Positions 13,978 through 26,827 of a stretch of 64,000 nt of DNA are shown piece after piece. The stretch spans positions 12,400,001 to 12,464,000 of the forward strand of contig NC_043017.1 of NCBI RefSeq assembly GCF_006345805.1, read 5' to 3'. A program made the translations under genes and the position numbers. The DNA is from Octopus sinensis. Taxonomy: Eukaryota. Within the stretch, counting starts at the first letter, position 1, and every line of letters starts with the position of its first letter. Below the pieces are notes generated by a model. The model saw nothing but the letters and a program-made list of their open reading frames with translations. It ran no database searches and was not told where the DNA came from.

Positions 13978-14652
13978 ACAGGCATTGCTGTGTGCTAAGA
14001 AGGTTACTTCCTAACCACATGGTTCCGGGTTGGGCATGTGGTACGTTGGGCAGTTGGCACGTTGGGCATGTGGTACGTTGGGCAGTTGGTACGTTGGGCA
14101 TGTGGTACGTTGGGCAGTTGGCACGTTGGGCATGTGGTACGTTGGGCAGTTGGTACGTTGGGCAGTTGGTACGTTGGGCATGTGGTACGTTGGGCAGTTG
14201 GCACGTTGAACATGTGGTACGTTGGGCAGTTGGTACGTTGGGCAGTTGATACGTTGGGCATGTGGTACGTTGGGCAGTTGGCACGTTGGGCATGTGGTAC
14301 GTTGGGCAGTTGGCACGTTGGGCATGTGGTACGTTGGGCAGTTGGTACGTTGGGCATGTGGTACGTTGGGCAGTTGGTACGTTGGGCATGTGGTACGTTG
14401 GGCAGTTGGTACGTTGGGCATGTGGTACGTTGGGCAGTTGGTACGTTAGGCATGTGGTACGTTGGGCAGTTTGTCCCCCACCAGCGCTTAACAACCGGTA
14501 CTGGCGTGCTTACGTTACAGTAACTTAGCGGTTCGAAAAAGTGAAACCGATGGATAAACGCCAGGCTTTAAAAAGTCGATTCGTCCACCTGAAATTCTTC
14601 AAGGCGGTGCCTCAGTTTGGCCGCACTCAGATAAGTGAAATAACCAAAAGAT
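13978..14652 (+). mobile_element. SINE family A copy whose core is expanded into a minisatellite
   Basis: Family A head 13978-14030, array, then family A tail from ~14469. Confidence 0.75.
14029..14468. repeat. 16-bp minisatellite, 27.5 units, GTTGGGCA + (TGTGGTAC / GTTGGTAC / GTTGGCAC)
   Basis: Units read directly from the sequence. Confidence 0.97.
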
Positions 14653-14810
14653 GTATGTATGTATGTATGTATGTATGTATGTATGTATGTATGTATGTAT
14701 GTGTGTGTGTATGTATGTATGTATGTATGTATGTATGTATGTATGTATGTATGTACCACCTGTTTGGAGAACCATCCTTAATCACAATTCATCTCTCTCG
14801 CTCACACACA

Positions 14811-14880
<70 letters not shown>

Positions 14881-15033
14881 AATTTATCTATCTATCAGTG
14901 TGTGTGTATGTGTGTGTGCGATTGAGTCTATCATCTTTCTATCCATTTCTAGCTTACAAATCAATCTTTATATCAAACAAGCTTGCTAAACTAGCAAGCT
15001 AAGCTATTTGCCTCTGTCTATCTATCTATCTAT

Positions 15034-15111
<78 letters not shown>

Positions 15112-16039
15112 CATCTATTTGTCTGCCTGTCTATCTCTCTTGCTCTCTCTCTCTCTCTGTTTTCCCTTAGTCTCTCTATATATTTCCATGTTGACCTGTC
15201 TGCCGCTCGTCTGTATATTCTCATCGTCTGCTGTCAATCAGTCTACACAAACCAGCAACACCATCACTTTCCTCCTCCCCTTCATCACTCACACTACTTA
15301 CACCTACTACTCTTTCTCTCTCTCTCTCTCATCCTCTTTCTCTCTCTTTCTCTTTCTCTCTCCCTCTCTCTTTTTCTCCTACTCCTTCTCCTCCTTCAAT
15401 ATTGAAAACTGCCAATCAATGTCGTCGTCCTACTATTTCATGCTATGAAAACCTCTCCTTCACTCTCTCTCATTCAGGTCTCTTTCATGTTTCGCTCTTC
15501 CTTTCACTCTATTTTTGTTCTCACTCTCTCTTCTTCTTTTTCCCTCCCTCCCTCCCCCCTCTCTCTCTCTCTTTCATTCTCTCACCTCTTTTCCTCTCTC
15601 TCTCTCTCTCTCTCTCTTTGTTACACGCTCTGTTCTCTCTCTCTCTCTCTGTTACATGCTCTGTTCTCTCTCTCTCTCTCTCTCTCTATTTACTTTCTCT
15701 ATCTACCTAATCCTCTCTCTCTGTAACACTCTCTGCTCTCTCACTCTCTCTCTGTCCCTCTCTTCTCCCTTACTCATTCTCTGTTCTCTATTTCTTTCAT
15801 TTTCTCCTCTCTCTCCCTTTTTCTCTCTGTCTCTCTCTTACTCCCTCTCCCTGTAATCAAAACATTACTATAAAGTTCACGAAAGGATTCACTTTTCCTT
15901 TATTTATCATCTAATAATCCCGCCTTATTCATTACTTGTCTTTCTGCTTTTCTTGCCTTATAACTCTCATTCTCATTCTCTTGCTCATGATGTCTTCTTC
16001 TTCTTCTTCTTCTTCTTCTTCTTCTTCTTCTTCTTCTTC

Positions 16040-16900
16040 TCCTCCTTCTCCTCCTCCTCCCCCTCTTCTGTCTCCTTTCTTTCCTCTTCTTTTTTAGGTT
16101 CTTCTCGCCTTATAGCTGTTACTCTCTTCTCCTCCTCCTCCTCCTCCCCCTCTTCTGTCTCCTTTCTTTCCTCTTCTTTTTTTAGGTTCTTCTCGCCTTA
16201 TAACTGTTACTCTCTTCTCCTCCTCCTCCTCCCCCTCTTCTGTCTCCTTTCTTTCCTCTTCTTTTTTAGGTTCTTCTCGCCTTATAACTGTTACTCTCTT
16301 CTTCTCCTCCTCCTCCTCTTCCTCGTCTCCACTTCCTTCCTCTTCTTTTTTTAGGTTCTTCTCGCCTTATAACTGTTACTCTCTTCTCCTCCTCCTCCTT
16401 CTCCTCCCCCTCTTCTGTCTCCTTTCTTTCCTCTTCTTTTTTAGGTTCTTCTCGCCTTATAACTGTTACTCTCTTCTCCTCCTCCTCCTCCCCCTCTTCT
16501 GTCTCCTTTCTTTCCTCTTCTTTTTTTAGGTTCTTCTCGCCTTATAACTGTTACTCTCTTCTTCTTCTCCTCCTCCTCCTCCTTCCCTCCTCTTCTGTCT
16601 CCTTTCTTTCCTCTTCTTTTTTAGGTTCTTCTCGCTTTATAACTGTTACTCTCTTCTTCTCCTCCTCCTCCTTCTTCTCCTCCTCCTCCCCCTCTTCTGT
16701 CTCCTTTCTTTCCTCTTCTTTTTTAGGTTCTTCTCGCCTTATAACTGTTACTCTCTTCTTCTCCTCCTCCTCCTTCTTCTCCTCCTCCTCCCCCTCTTCT
16801 GTCTCCTTTCTTTCCTCTTCTTTTTTAGGTTCTTCTCGCCTTATAGCTGTTACTCTCTTCTCCTCCTCCCCCTCTTCCTCGTCTCCACTTCTTTCCTCCT
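16040..16900. repeat. Pyrimidine-rich minisatellite, 9 units of ~84-102 bp
   Basis: TTAGGTTCTTCTCGCCTTATAACTGTTACTCTC (minor variants) recurs at ~16094, 16182, 16266, 16351, 16441, 16526, 16621, 16723, 16825. Confidence 0.92.
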
Positions 16901-17135
16901 TCTGTTGTCCTCCTTCTTTCGTAGTCTTCCACCCCTTCCATCCTTCTCGCCTTATGACTGTCCTCTCCCCCACTTTCATCTCCCTTTTACGTCACAACCC
17001 TTCCTCTGCTTTCTTCTCCTCCTACTCATCATCATTATCCTCCCATTTCCTTTCCGATTTATTCCACTCCTACTCCCCTATTTCTTTTTTGTATTATATA
17101 ATATACATATATATATATAATATATATATATAATA

Positions 17136-17285
<150 letters not shown>

Positions 17286-17289
17286 TATG

Positions 17290-17320
<31 letters not shown>

Positions 17321-17337
17321 ATATATATATACATATA

Positions 17338-17492
17338 TACGACGGGCTTCTTTCAGTTTCCGTCTACCAAATCCACTCTCAAGGCTTTGGTTGGCCCGAG
17401 GCTATAGTAGAAGGTGCCACGCAGTGCGACTGAACCCGGAACTATGTAGTTGGCAAGCAAGCTACTTACGACACAGCCACTCTTATGCCTAT
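17338..17492 (-). mobile_element. SINE family A 5' half
   Basis: Reverse complement of the family A head and core. Confidence 0.8.
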
Positions 17493-17511
17493 ACGGGATG
17501 GTCATTTTTTT

Positions 17512-17692
17512 TTTATTACTGTTCTTATTTTAACTGATGTCCATTGTCCGGAAATCTTTCGTCACACATCTGTGACCTCTTCAGCGGAGCAGGAGCATAC
17601 ACGAGGTCAGAAAGTGTAGCTGAAGAGGTCACAAGTGTGTGACGAAAGATTCCCGTACAATGGACATCAGTTAAAATAAGAACAGTAGTAAA
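17512..17692. mobile_element. Palindromic element with a hammerhead motif in each arm (probable inverted Penelope-like pLTR pair)
   Basis: ~74-bp arms (17512-17585 vs 17619-17692) are reverse complements; each reads CTGAAGA-G-GTCACA-n4-TGTGAC-GAAA-GATT. Confidence 0.7.
17547..17588 (-). ncRNA. Minimal type I hammerhead ribozyme motif
   Basis: UCCG-CUGAAGA-G-GUCACA gaug UGUGAC-GAAA-GAUU-UC-CGGA: stem I 4 bp, stem II 6 bp, 1-bp stem III with a near-palindromic loop. Confidence 0.7.
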
Positions 17693-17914
17693 CGAGTGGA
17701 GAACGAATAAATAGTGTGTGTGTGTGTGTGTGTGTGTGTGTTTATTTGGCAAAGACGAAAAAAACAAAAAACAAAATGGCCGTCCCGAAATATAACAATA
17801 TATGTTTCAACACACGGTTTCACATCAGGAACCTTGCGACACAAATTCATAAACCTACACACACACACGCACCCCCCACCCCCCCACACACACATACACA
17901 CACACACACATATA

Positions 17915-18300
17915 TCTTCTTTATATATAAAGTCAAGTTGTGTGTCTGTCTCCTACGATTTAGATTCCTAACTACTCCCACATTTTGCGGTGCAGTTTAA
18001 GCAAGACCGAGTATCTTATAGTCGTGATTCATATCGAGCCCTTCTGGGTTAGCGCGCGTCTACGATTTAAAATAAAAATTTACCATAATTTTTTTCATTT
18101 TAATGCATTTTTTCGCTATTATATAAGGGAAGTAACTCTCTAAAAATGTCTACGATGAGTCAACGATTAAAAAAAAATTTTCCATCATTTTTTTTCCATT
18201 TTTAATGCATTTTTTTGCTATTTTTTGGCTATAGCTCTCTATAAATGCTTATATAGTTTTTTCCCTTACAAACCCGAGCAACGCCGGGCGATACTGCTAG
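17915..18300 (+). mobile_element. Non-autonomous Helitron
   Basis: A|TC 5' end, subterminal hairpin CCCGAGCAACGCCGGG, CTAG|T 3' end, no TSD; near-identical to 34231-34629. Confidence 0.88.
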
Positions 18301-18314
18301 TATATATATATATT

Positions 18315-18482
18315 TACGACAGTCCTCTTTCCGACTCCGTCAACCAAATCCACTCACAAAGCTTTGGTCGGCCGGAGATTAATAGTAAAAGACACTAGCC
18401 CAAGGTGTCAAGCAGTGGGACTGAACCCGGAGCAATGTAGTTGGGAAGTAAAACTCTTTCCACACAGCCACGCCTTTCCCTA
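18315..18482 (-). mobile_element. SINE family A 5' half, diverged
   Basis: Similarity to the family A head and core. Confidence 0.7.
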
Positions 18483-18738
18483 TGCATGTATTACATTACC
18501 CTGGTCCCATTCATCTGACCCCTTTCTTTCCTCCACCAAATTCATGTTTCTATTTCGCCTTATATAAAGCTGGTCTTTTGTTCTTTTATTACTAACACTT
18601 CTCTCCTTTCTCTCTCTACCTCTCCCGTTCTTTTGCCTTATCTTTTATCATTTACTTGTTACAGTCAATGGACTATGGTCATGCTGGGGCACCGTCTTAT
18701 GTATATGTATAATATGGAACAAAAGGATCCCAGAAATT

Positions 18739-18770
<32 letters not shown>

Positions 18771-18875
18771 CTTCTTATCTCTCACTTTTAATGTATAAAC
18801 ATTTCATCCCCACAATTTATTTCCTTTTGTCTTCTCTCTTTGGTTTTTGTCTGTCTGTCTGTCCGTCCATCTATC

Positions 18876-18912
<37 letters not shown>

Positions 18913-20593
18913 ATCTCTCCCTTCCTATTTTTTCTTCCGCTTTCTTCCCTCTCCCTATATCTCAGACTCTATACCGAAACACACACACACACACACACCT
19001 TTCTCTATTTTTTCCCTCTTCCTTTTTCTCTATTCTGTATTCATTCCTTCTTTTATCCCCTTCTCTCTTTCTCTCCCCATCTCTCCCTCTCTCTTTCTCT
19101 CCCATCTCTCCCTCTCTCTCTCCCCCTCTCTTTCTTTCCCCATCTCTCCCTCTCTCTTTCTCTCTCTCTCTCCCTCTCTCTTTCTCTCCCATCTCTCCCT
19201 CTCTCTTTCTCTCCCCATCTCTCCCTCTCTCTTTCTCTCTCACCATACCTCAAGTCCAAACAGCTTTGCCAAAACACATCACACCGTTCTAATACACAAC
19301 TGCTCTTTGCCAAAACTCACGATACCATACCAAAACACCAAAACACAGTCCCACCACTACCACCACCACCATTATCTTCTCGTTCTTTCTCTCTCCTCTT
19401 CCTTTCCAGTCTTCTGTCTTCTGTCTGACATTATATAACGTCCGTCTCTTGTTTACTCTCCATCGAACTGACCCTCATTCAATTTCGGTAAGCAATTTCC
19501 TCCGTCTCTTACTAACCTTCCTCTCTTGAAACCGTTGCTTCCGAATTCGCTGTTTTCTTCAAACCCTTATAACACGCCACCGTTAAACATTGCAACACAA
19601 CACAGCATACTTCACCACAACGAACCACGGCACACCACATCACAACACAAAGCACTACAAAACACCACAATACATTGCAGCACATCACAACACCACACCA
19701 CAGCACGTTACAAAACACACTACAAGCAAACCAGGACAAACACAAGACACCACAACACAACACAAAACACTACAAAACATCACAGTACATCACAGCACAT
19801 CACAACACAGCACAGCACACAACACCACAGCAAACCACAACACAACACGCAACAACAAACCACAACACATCACAACACCACACCACATCACAACACAGCA
19901 CACAACACCACAGCAAACCACAACACAACACGCAACAACAAGCCACAACACATCACAATATACAACAAATTACGACACACAACACATTGCAACACACACA
20001 CACAAACACAACAAAATATCACAACACATCACAAAACACCAAAACAAACCACAACACAACACGCCGCAACAAACCATAATACACCGCATCACGATACACA
20101 ACACCTTACAATACACAACACCTTACAATATGTCAAAAAAACTACAAAATATCACAATACACCACAACAAACCATCATACACCGCACCATACCAAAACAT
20201 CTCACAATACAGTCCCTTCTCTCTCCCCTTCCTCTCCCCTCTTTCTCCTCCTTTTCTCTCTCTACCTCTCTTTCTATCTCACGCTTTATTCATATGTGTG
20301 TAAGAATATTTCAATTTATGTGTATGAGGAGAGGGTAAGTGATCTATGTCAATCGAATTCAATTGATACATTGCAAAACCATTCTCTCTCCCTTCTCTCC
20401 TCTTTCTCTCCCTCATTCCCCCCTTCTCTCTCTCTCTCTCTCTGTTTATATGGGTGTAAGCATATTTCACTTCATGTGAGTGAGGAGAGAGAAAGTCCTT
20501 TATGTCAATCTTGTTCAAATAATACATCGTAATGTCCCATCTCCAGCCCCCTCTCTCCCTCTCCTCCTCTCTCTATCTATCTATCTGTCTATC

Positions 20594-20637
<44 letters not shown>

Positions 20638-20886
20638 ATCTATCTATCTATCTATCTATCTATCAATCTCTGCTTTTCTTTCTTCTTTTCTTCCTTTATT
20701 TCTCTCTCTCTCTCTCTCTCTCACACATACACAGTGTGTGTATGTGTGTGCGTATATAGTATACACGTATACACACACGTGTGTGTTTATATGTATACTA
20801 GGTAATGAGCACAAAAAGAGGACAACATAGGAGAGACAAGTTCTAACAAATGTCTATTAGCTCAATACTTAAAGAGAAGAGAAAGA

Positions 20887-20924
20887 GTCTTAACGTTTCG
20901 GATGCAGGTCCTTCATCAGAAAAA
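20887..20924 (-). ncRNA. Minimal type I hammerhead ribozyme motif with canonical core, inside a short element (~20800-20940)
   Basis: UUUU-CUGAUGA-A-GGA ccugca UCC-GAAA-CG-UU-AAGA; palindromic AACGUU at stem III. Confidence 0.65.
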
Positions 20925-20951
20925 TAAAACATGAAATATGATGTGTGTGTA

Positions 20952-21503
20952 TTAGGAGTACTGAAAAGTAATGGCGTACTTCCAAGCAAGCAGTCTGACA
21001 TCGTACCACAAATAGTTTACAAGCCAACAAAAGATGCCATTCCAATTAACCAGTCAGCTTAGAACTAACGTCTAAGCGTTAATTTGGATACGTACTGTAT
21101 GTGTATATGCTGTATCTGATAGCCCCTGGAAGACAAAAACTTTAGTAAGCTGCATAGTCGGCACTGCATACTTTAGGAATTTTGTGAGGGCAACAATGCA
21201 ACACGTGCAAGGGTAAGCATATGCACTGTTTTTCTTGACGGTGTGAGTATTCGGAAATGCCAAAGGTAGTTTAGCAAATTTTAAAAAAACCGGTGATTTC
21301 GATCTTCTGGATGTGTGTCGATCACGAAGACTAACTGTTAGCCATAATGATGAAGTGAAAGCAACAACTGAAGAGAATTCGCGCAACCTGAAGGTTTAAT
21401 AAACCTTGGTCCACTGTACGAGATCACCTCAAGTAAATTGGGAAAAGTGTATAATATAGAGAAGGGAAGTGGGTATCTCATGAGCTGTCTCCTAAGAATA
21501 AAG
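20952..21503 (+). mobile_element. Decayed mariner 5' half (transposase N-terminus)
   Basis: TA|TTAGG.. TIR-like start; fragments HSRHCIL*EF..GNNAT, GDFDLLD..RS, STVRDHLK and KWVSHEL (WVPHEL motif). Confidence 0.7.
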
Positions 21504-21940
21504 CAATTTCATTTGACACCGCTAGAAAAAAATCCCATTTTCCGTAGCGGTGTCGTATGAAATTGTCACCCATAATTATAACCCTAGTATCGATCTATTG
21601 CATTTCAATCTATTCTAGATTTAGGGTTAGAGTTAGGGTTAGGGGTAGGGGAAGGGTATCTTTTTTCTTCACAAATGTAAATAAACCCAAACTGTTTCTT
21701 AAAGGAGGGACATATTCATTATGCACAGAATGTTATTTACCTAAATGGACGTCAGCGATTGGTTAAAATTGCCGAAATGCTCGAAATTAAAGACGAAATA
21801 TGTTACAACATATAGAATTTTCTCAATAAAGCCAAGAAAAAATGATGTTTTATAAACACATTCTACCAGTATACGAAGTTTAAAACTTTTTAGTTACCTA
21901 GAAATTATGTTACAAAGTGCCGTTCAAAAAGTAAAGATCC
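21504..21940. mobile_element. Non-autonomous DNA element with terminal hairpin and internal TTAGGG-like repeats, interrupting the mariner
   Basis: 21765-21940 matches the reverse complement of 63824-64000; 21-bp inverted repeat at 21504-21565; TTAGGG-like run at 21621-21656. Superfamily unresolved. Confidence 0.65.
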
Positions 21941-22663
21941 AGATTTCCTTCACACAATAAAACGAGACAGTCACCACCGAAGTGTGGTGACTGTCTCATT
22001 TTTAGCCTGTCATTACACCGAAGTGTGGTGACTGTCTCATTTTGAACCTGTCATTACACCGAAGTGTGGTGACAGACTCAATAACAACAAACTAATTGGA
22101 CGGGATATATCTCATTAGAGGCTAAATAACAATGGCTAAATGGACGGGATAGCGGTGGATTGAATAGCCTTTGATTACAAGTTGTCTGCTCGATAAGGGT
22201 CAACCTGGGGCTAAACAGCAACAACTACACCGACGACGATACAACAACACGCCACACCATACCAAAGAGCCAGACTGTGTGTGGTCGGTTAAACTCCTAG
22301 AAATATCAATCAAATCTTCCTCAAATCACATATCAGCTGTCTGAAGAAGGAAATTACAGGAAGGCTACGCCTTTGATTATGAGTCTGTTCAGTAAGATAT
22401 GTTTTGGGGGTTTAGCTTCAACAACGACGACGACGACGACGATGACAACGACGATTTTATCATCACTTCAGACAGCGGTGATAACAGCAAAGCAAATAAA
22501 AAGCCCTACCGGTAAGAGAGAGAGCGGGGGGAGGGCGAGAAGAGGTGATGTGAGAAGAGAGAACAAGGAAAGAGAAAGAGTAATATGTTAGAGTGAAAGA
22601 GGATATGAAAAAAAAATTATGTAAATTGGAAACAGAATAAGAGATTGGAAGGATAGGGGTATG

Positions 22664-22890
22664 AGCGAGCTGGCAGAAACGTTAGCACACCGGGCGAAAT
22701 GCTTAGCGGTATTTCGTCTGCGTTACGTTGTGAGTTCAAATTCCGCCGAGGTCGACTTTGCCTTTCATCCTTTCGGGGTCGATAAATTAAGTACCAGTTA
22801 CGCACTGGGGTCGATGTAATCGACTTAATACCTATGTCTGTCCTTGTTTGTCCCCTCTATGTTTAGCCCCTTGTGGGTAATAAAGAAATA
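22664..22890 (+). mobile_element. SINE family C, young copy with AATAAAGAAATA-type tail
   Basis: Near-identical to 63255-63482; flanking direct repeat GGTATGAG. Confidence 0.85.
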
Positions 22891-23044
22891 GGTATGAGAG
22901 AAGAGGAATAAAGTTAGAGAAAGGGTGAGAGAGAGAAAGAAGCGTGAAAGAGTTAAGAAAAAGAGGAAGTACGAGAATGAAAAAGTGAAGGTAAGCGAGA
23001 AAGAAGTACAGTGAATGAAGGGAAGAAAAAGAGAGAGGAATTAA

Positions 23045-23079
<35 letters not shown>

Positions 23080-23365
23080 AGGGCCATTGGGATAAACGAG
23101 GGTGAATGTAAGAGAGAGTAGTGAAAGAGAGAAGTGAAACAGATTGAGAGAGAAATGAGAGAATGAAGAAAGAGGTATAAAAGTTAGAGAAATTAGAAAA
23201 AGAAGAAAGAGGAGAAAATGGAGACACAAAGAAATAAGAGAAAGTGGGAGAGATAGATGTGAGAGGAGGAGTAAGAGAAGTGAAAGACAGACATGTGAGA
23301 GAGAAATTGAAAGAGAGATGTGAGAGAGATTAAAGTGAGAAAGAGAGAAGAGAGAGAGACAAAAT

Positions 23366-23795
23366 GAGAGAGAAGTGAAAGACTGATAAATGAAAGAGAG
23401 AGAGAGGTGAGAGTAACATGAGAAAGAAAGATGGGATATTGAATGAGAAGTGAAAGAGAGAAAGAGTAATAGAGAGAAAAGAAGAGGAAGAAAGACGTGA
23501 GAGAGAGAAGTGAAAGACTGATAAATGAAAGAGAGAGAGAGGTGAGAGTAACATGAGAAAGAAAGATGGGATATTGAATGAGAAGTGAAAGAGAGAAAGA
23601 GTAATAGAGAGAAAAGAAGAGGAAGAAAGACGTGAGAGAGAGAAGTGAAAGACTGACAAATGAAAAAGAGAGAGGTGAGAGTAACATGAGAAAGAAAGAT
23701 AGGATATTGAATGAGAAGTGAAAGAGAGAATGAGTAATAGAGAGAAAAGAAGAGGAAGAAAGACGTGAGAGAGAGAAGTGAAAGACAGATAAATG
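23366..23795. repeat. 135-bp purine-rich tandem repeat, ~3 copies
   Basis: GACTGATAAATGAAA-like anchor at 23381, 23516, 23651 and 23784. Confidence 0.9.
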
Positions 23796-24303
23796 AAGGA
23801 GAAATGTGAAAGTGAGGGACAGAGCTAGAGTGAGGTGAAAAAAAAACCCAGACAAATGAAAAGGAGAATGAGAGAGGTGAGAGTGAAGGATGTTGAATGA
23901 GTGGTGAAAGGGAGAAAGAGTATTAAAGGGAAACTATTAGGAAAGAGAAGGAAAGAGAATAGAAGAGAAGGAAATGAGAGAGATAAATGGAGAGAGAGAG
24001 AGAAGATTTGGAAAAGAAGGGACGGATGTTGAGGCGGGAAAAGCGCCCTAACGGGGGAAAAAAAGGCCAAAAGACAGTGGAAGGGAGGGGAGGATTAAAG
24101 AGAAGGACGGAAAGAATATTGGCGTCAAAGAGAGAATAGAAGATAATGGAAGAGAATGACCTAGAGGTATAGAGTGAGAAGGAAGAGGTAATAGGTTTTA
24201 TAAGAGGGGAGGGTAAATGATTGATAAATAGAGAGAGAGGGACGTAGAGAGGGTGCGAAAGGAAGAAGGAGATAGAAAATAGGAACTGAAAATATACATA
24301 TCT

Positions 24304-24335
<32 letters not shown>

Positions 24336-24449
24336 GGGAGAGACAGAGAGAGAGATACATAAAAAGGCAGAGAAATCAGAAAGTATAGGGAAAAGGCGAG
24401 GGGTGATAGTGGTAGGGATAAATAGAGAGAGAAACAGAGAGAGAAAGAC

Positions 24450-24493
<44 letters not shown>

Positions 24494-24571
24494 GATAGAT
24501 AGATAAGATAGATAGACAGACAATAGACAGACAGATAGACAGACAGACAGACAGACAGATAGATAGATAGC

Positions 24572-24646
<75 letters not shown>

Positions 24647-24720
24647 GTAGGTAGGTAGGTAGGTAGATAGATAGATACTGACAGACACATAGATAGATAG
24701 ATAGAGAGAGAGAGAGAGAA
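24450..24720. repeat. (GATA)n/(GACA)n/(GGTA)n microsatellite
   Basis: Directly visible. Confidence 0.95.
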
Positions 24721-25109
24721 GAAGGAGAGAGAGAGAGGTGAGTATGAAAAAGGGACAAACGAAGAGAGAGAGCGCCAAGAGCATGGGTGGGTGAACGATA
24801 GAGAGGAGGAGATCTCTAAATTCAAACAAAAACAGCGGAATCTTTCGGCTCCACAAACACGACAATGAGATGGAAAATCGTTACATCACCAGCAACAACA
24901 ACAACCACAGCACCAACATCAACAGCAGCAGCATCAACAGCAGCAGCAGCAGTAACAACAACAATAATAGCAAAGACAGCAGCAGCAGCAACAGAACAAC
25001 AACAACAACAATAATTCTAAGCGGGAGTACTCGTCAGTATTAGAAAGAGAGAGAAGCGGATGCAGGGAGGTTTTTACTAAAAATATATATTGACAATCTG
25101 AATTGGTGG

Positions 25110-26347
25110 GTATATACATATGTGTGTGTATATATATGTACGTATGTATAATATAACATTGTATTTATTTATAGCATAAATATATATGTATATATATCTA
25201 TACGTGCATTTATAACTGGATTCATTCATTCATACAGGTATATATATACATATATACAGTTATACATACATACATTCATTTATATATATATTCATATATA
25301 TATATACATACATACATTCATTTATATATATATTTATATATATATATATATATACATACATTCATTCATATATATATATATATATTCATTCATATATATA
25401 TATATAGATATATATTCATTCATATATATATATATATTATATATATATATATTATATATATATACATATATGCACACATACAGTAAGCAAGGATATATTA
25501 TTACGAAAAATACATACATTGAACTATAACTTATGGGCACACATGACGAGTGAGTGTATATAAAATATATACATGCAGGCACAAACTCGCTAATACATGC
25601 ATAAATACACACTTACATAATACATACATGTATATATATGTATATATGTATACACACACACACCGACAGCGAGCAGGATATATAACTTAGAATTTTCAAT
25701 GACAGCTCAAGTCCGGGATACATAGACACACATGTATGCATAACGCTGTATATATGCATAGGTGCTTTCGCGTATATATGCAACTGGCTTCATTCGTTAT
25801 GGATATATACTCGATTATTATACACACTCAAGCATACCTTGGCATGTAAGTACAAATATATATATTATATTCATCATACCTAAAGCATCATGTTCAAAGC
25901 AACATAGTCATATATATACATACATATACACACACTTACCGGCATAAACCGTTTTATATATACATATATGTAGTGAATAATTGTCACACATAGAGACGTG
26001 TATACATGTGTGTGTGTCTGAGTGTGTTTTGTGAAATATAGACAGGATGTATAGACATGTATTGTTAAACATACATTAGGTTGATTGCACAATACTGCAC
26101 ATATATGTTATCTATGAAAATAAAAGCTTTCTCTACCTTTATATAATTCGTCATACAATTAACGTGGAGGGGGACACCTGTTTATTTGCGTAATATAACA
26201 TCTCTTATCCTCATACACATGTACTGACAAATATTATTAATATATATATGTGTGTCTATATATATATATGACCCGCCTTAAGTACAGACACACATGCCGA
26301 AACATAGATGCACACACATCTATACATCTGTATAGACATATCTACTC

Positions 26348-26386
<39 letters not shown>

Positions 26387-26570
26387 CATCTATCTATCTG
26401 TCTGTCTATCTATCTATCTATCTATCTATCTATCCGTCTATCTATCTGTGTGTGTGATCAAAGGTAAACGTAATTATATATATACGCACACTAGTATATA
26501 TATATATATATACAGAGAGAGAGGGGTATGAGTATTATAGTAAAAAAATTATGTAGACATGTAATTCTAG

Positions 26571-26622
<52 letters not shown>

Positions 26623-26788
26623 ACAGACAGGTTTGTGTGTAGTAATACGCATTTCTATATAAACATATACACATGCTGTATATATATATATATATATATG
26701 TTTGTGTGTGTGTGTAAAGACATTTAGATACGACATTGAAACTGTACCCCTCTCCAAACCTAAACAAAAAACACGCACCTATATACAC

Positions 26789-26827
<39 letters not shown>

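Noticed and set aside
13964-14528. Repetitive ORFs in all frames and a CRISPR-like look
   Set aside because: 16-bp tandem units with only three 8-bp variants, no unique spacers and no cas genes; derived from a SINE core.
16551-16979. Glu/Lys-rich repeat ORF
   Set aside because: Reverse translation of the pyrimidine minisatellite; the frame is broken in other units.
21621-21656. Telomere or chromosome-fusion relic
   Set aside because: Only a few degenerate TTAGGG units, inside what appears to be a dispersed element.
24870-25042. Short ATG ORFs with poly-S/N or poly-A/T/Q
   Set aside because: CAG/CAA microsatellite-driven, under 60 codons, with no supporting splice or homology evidence.
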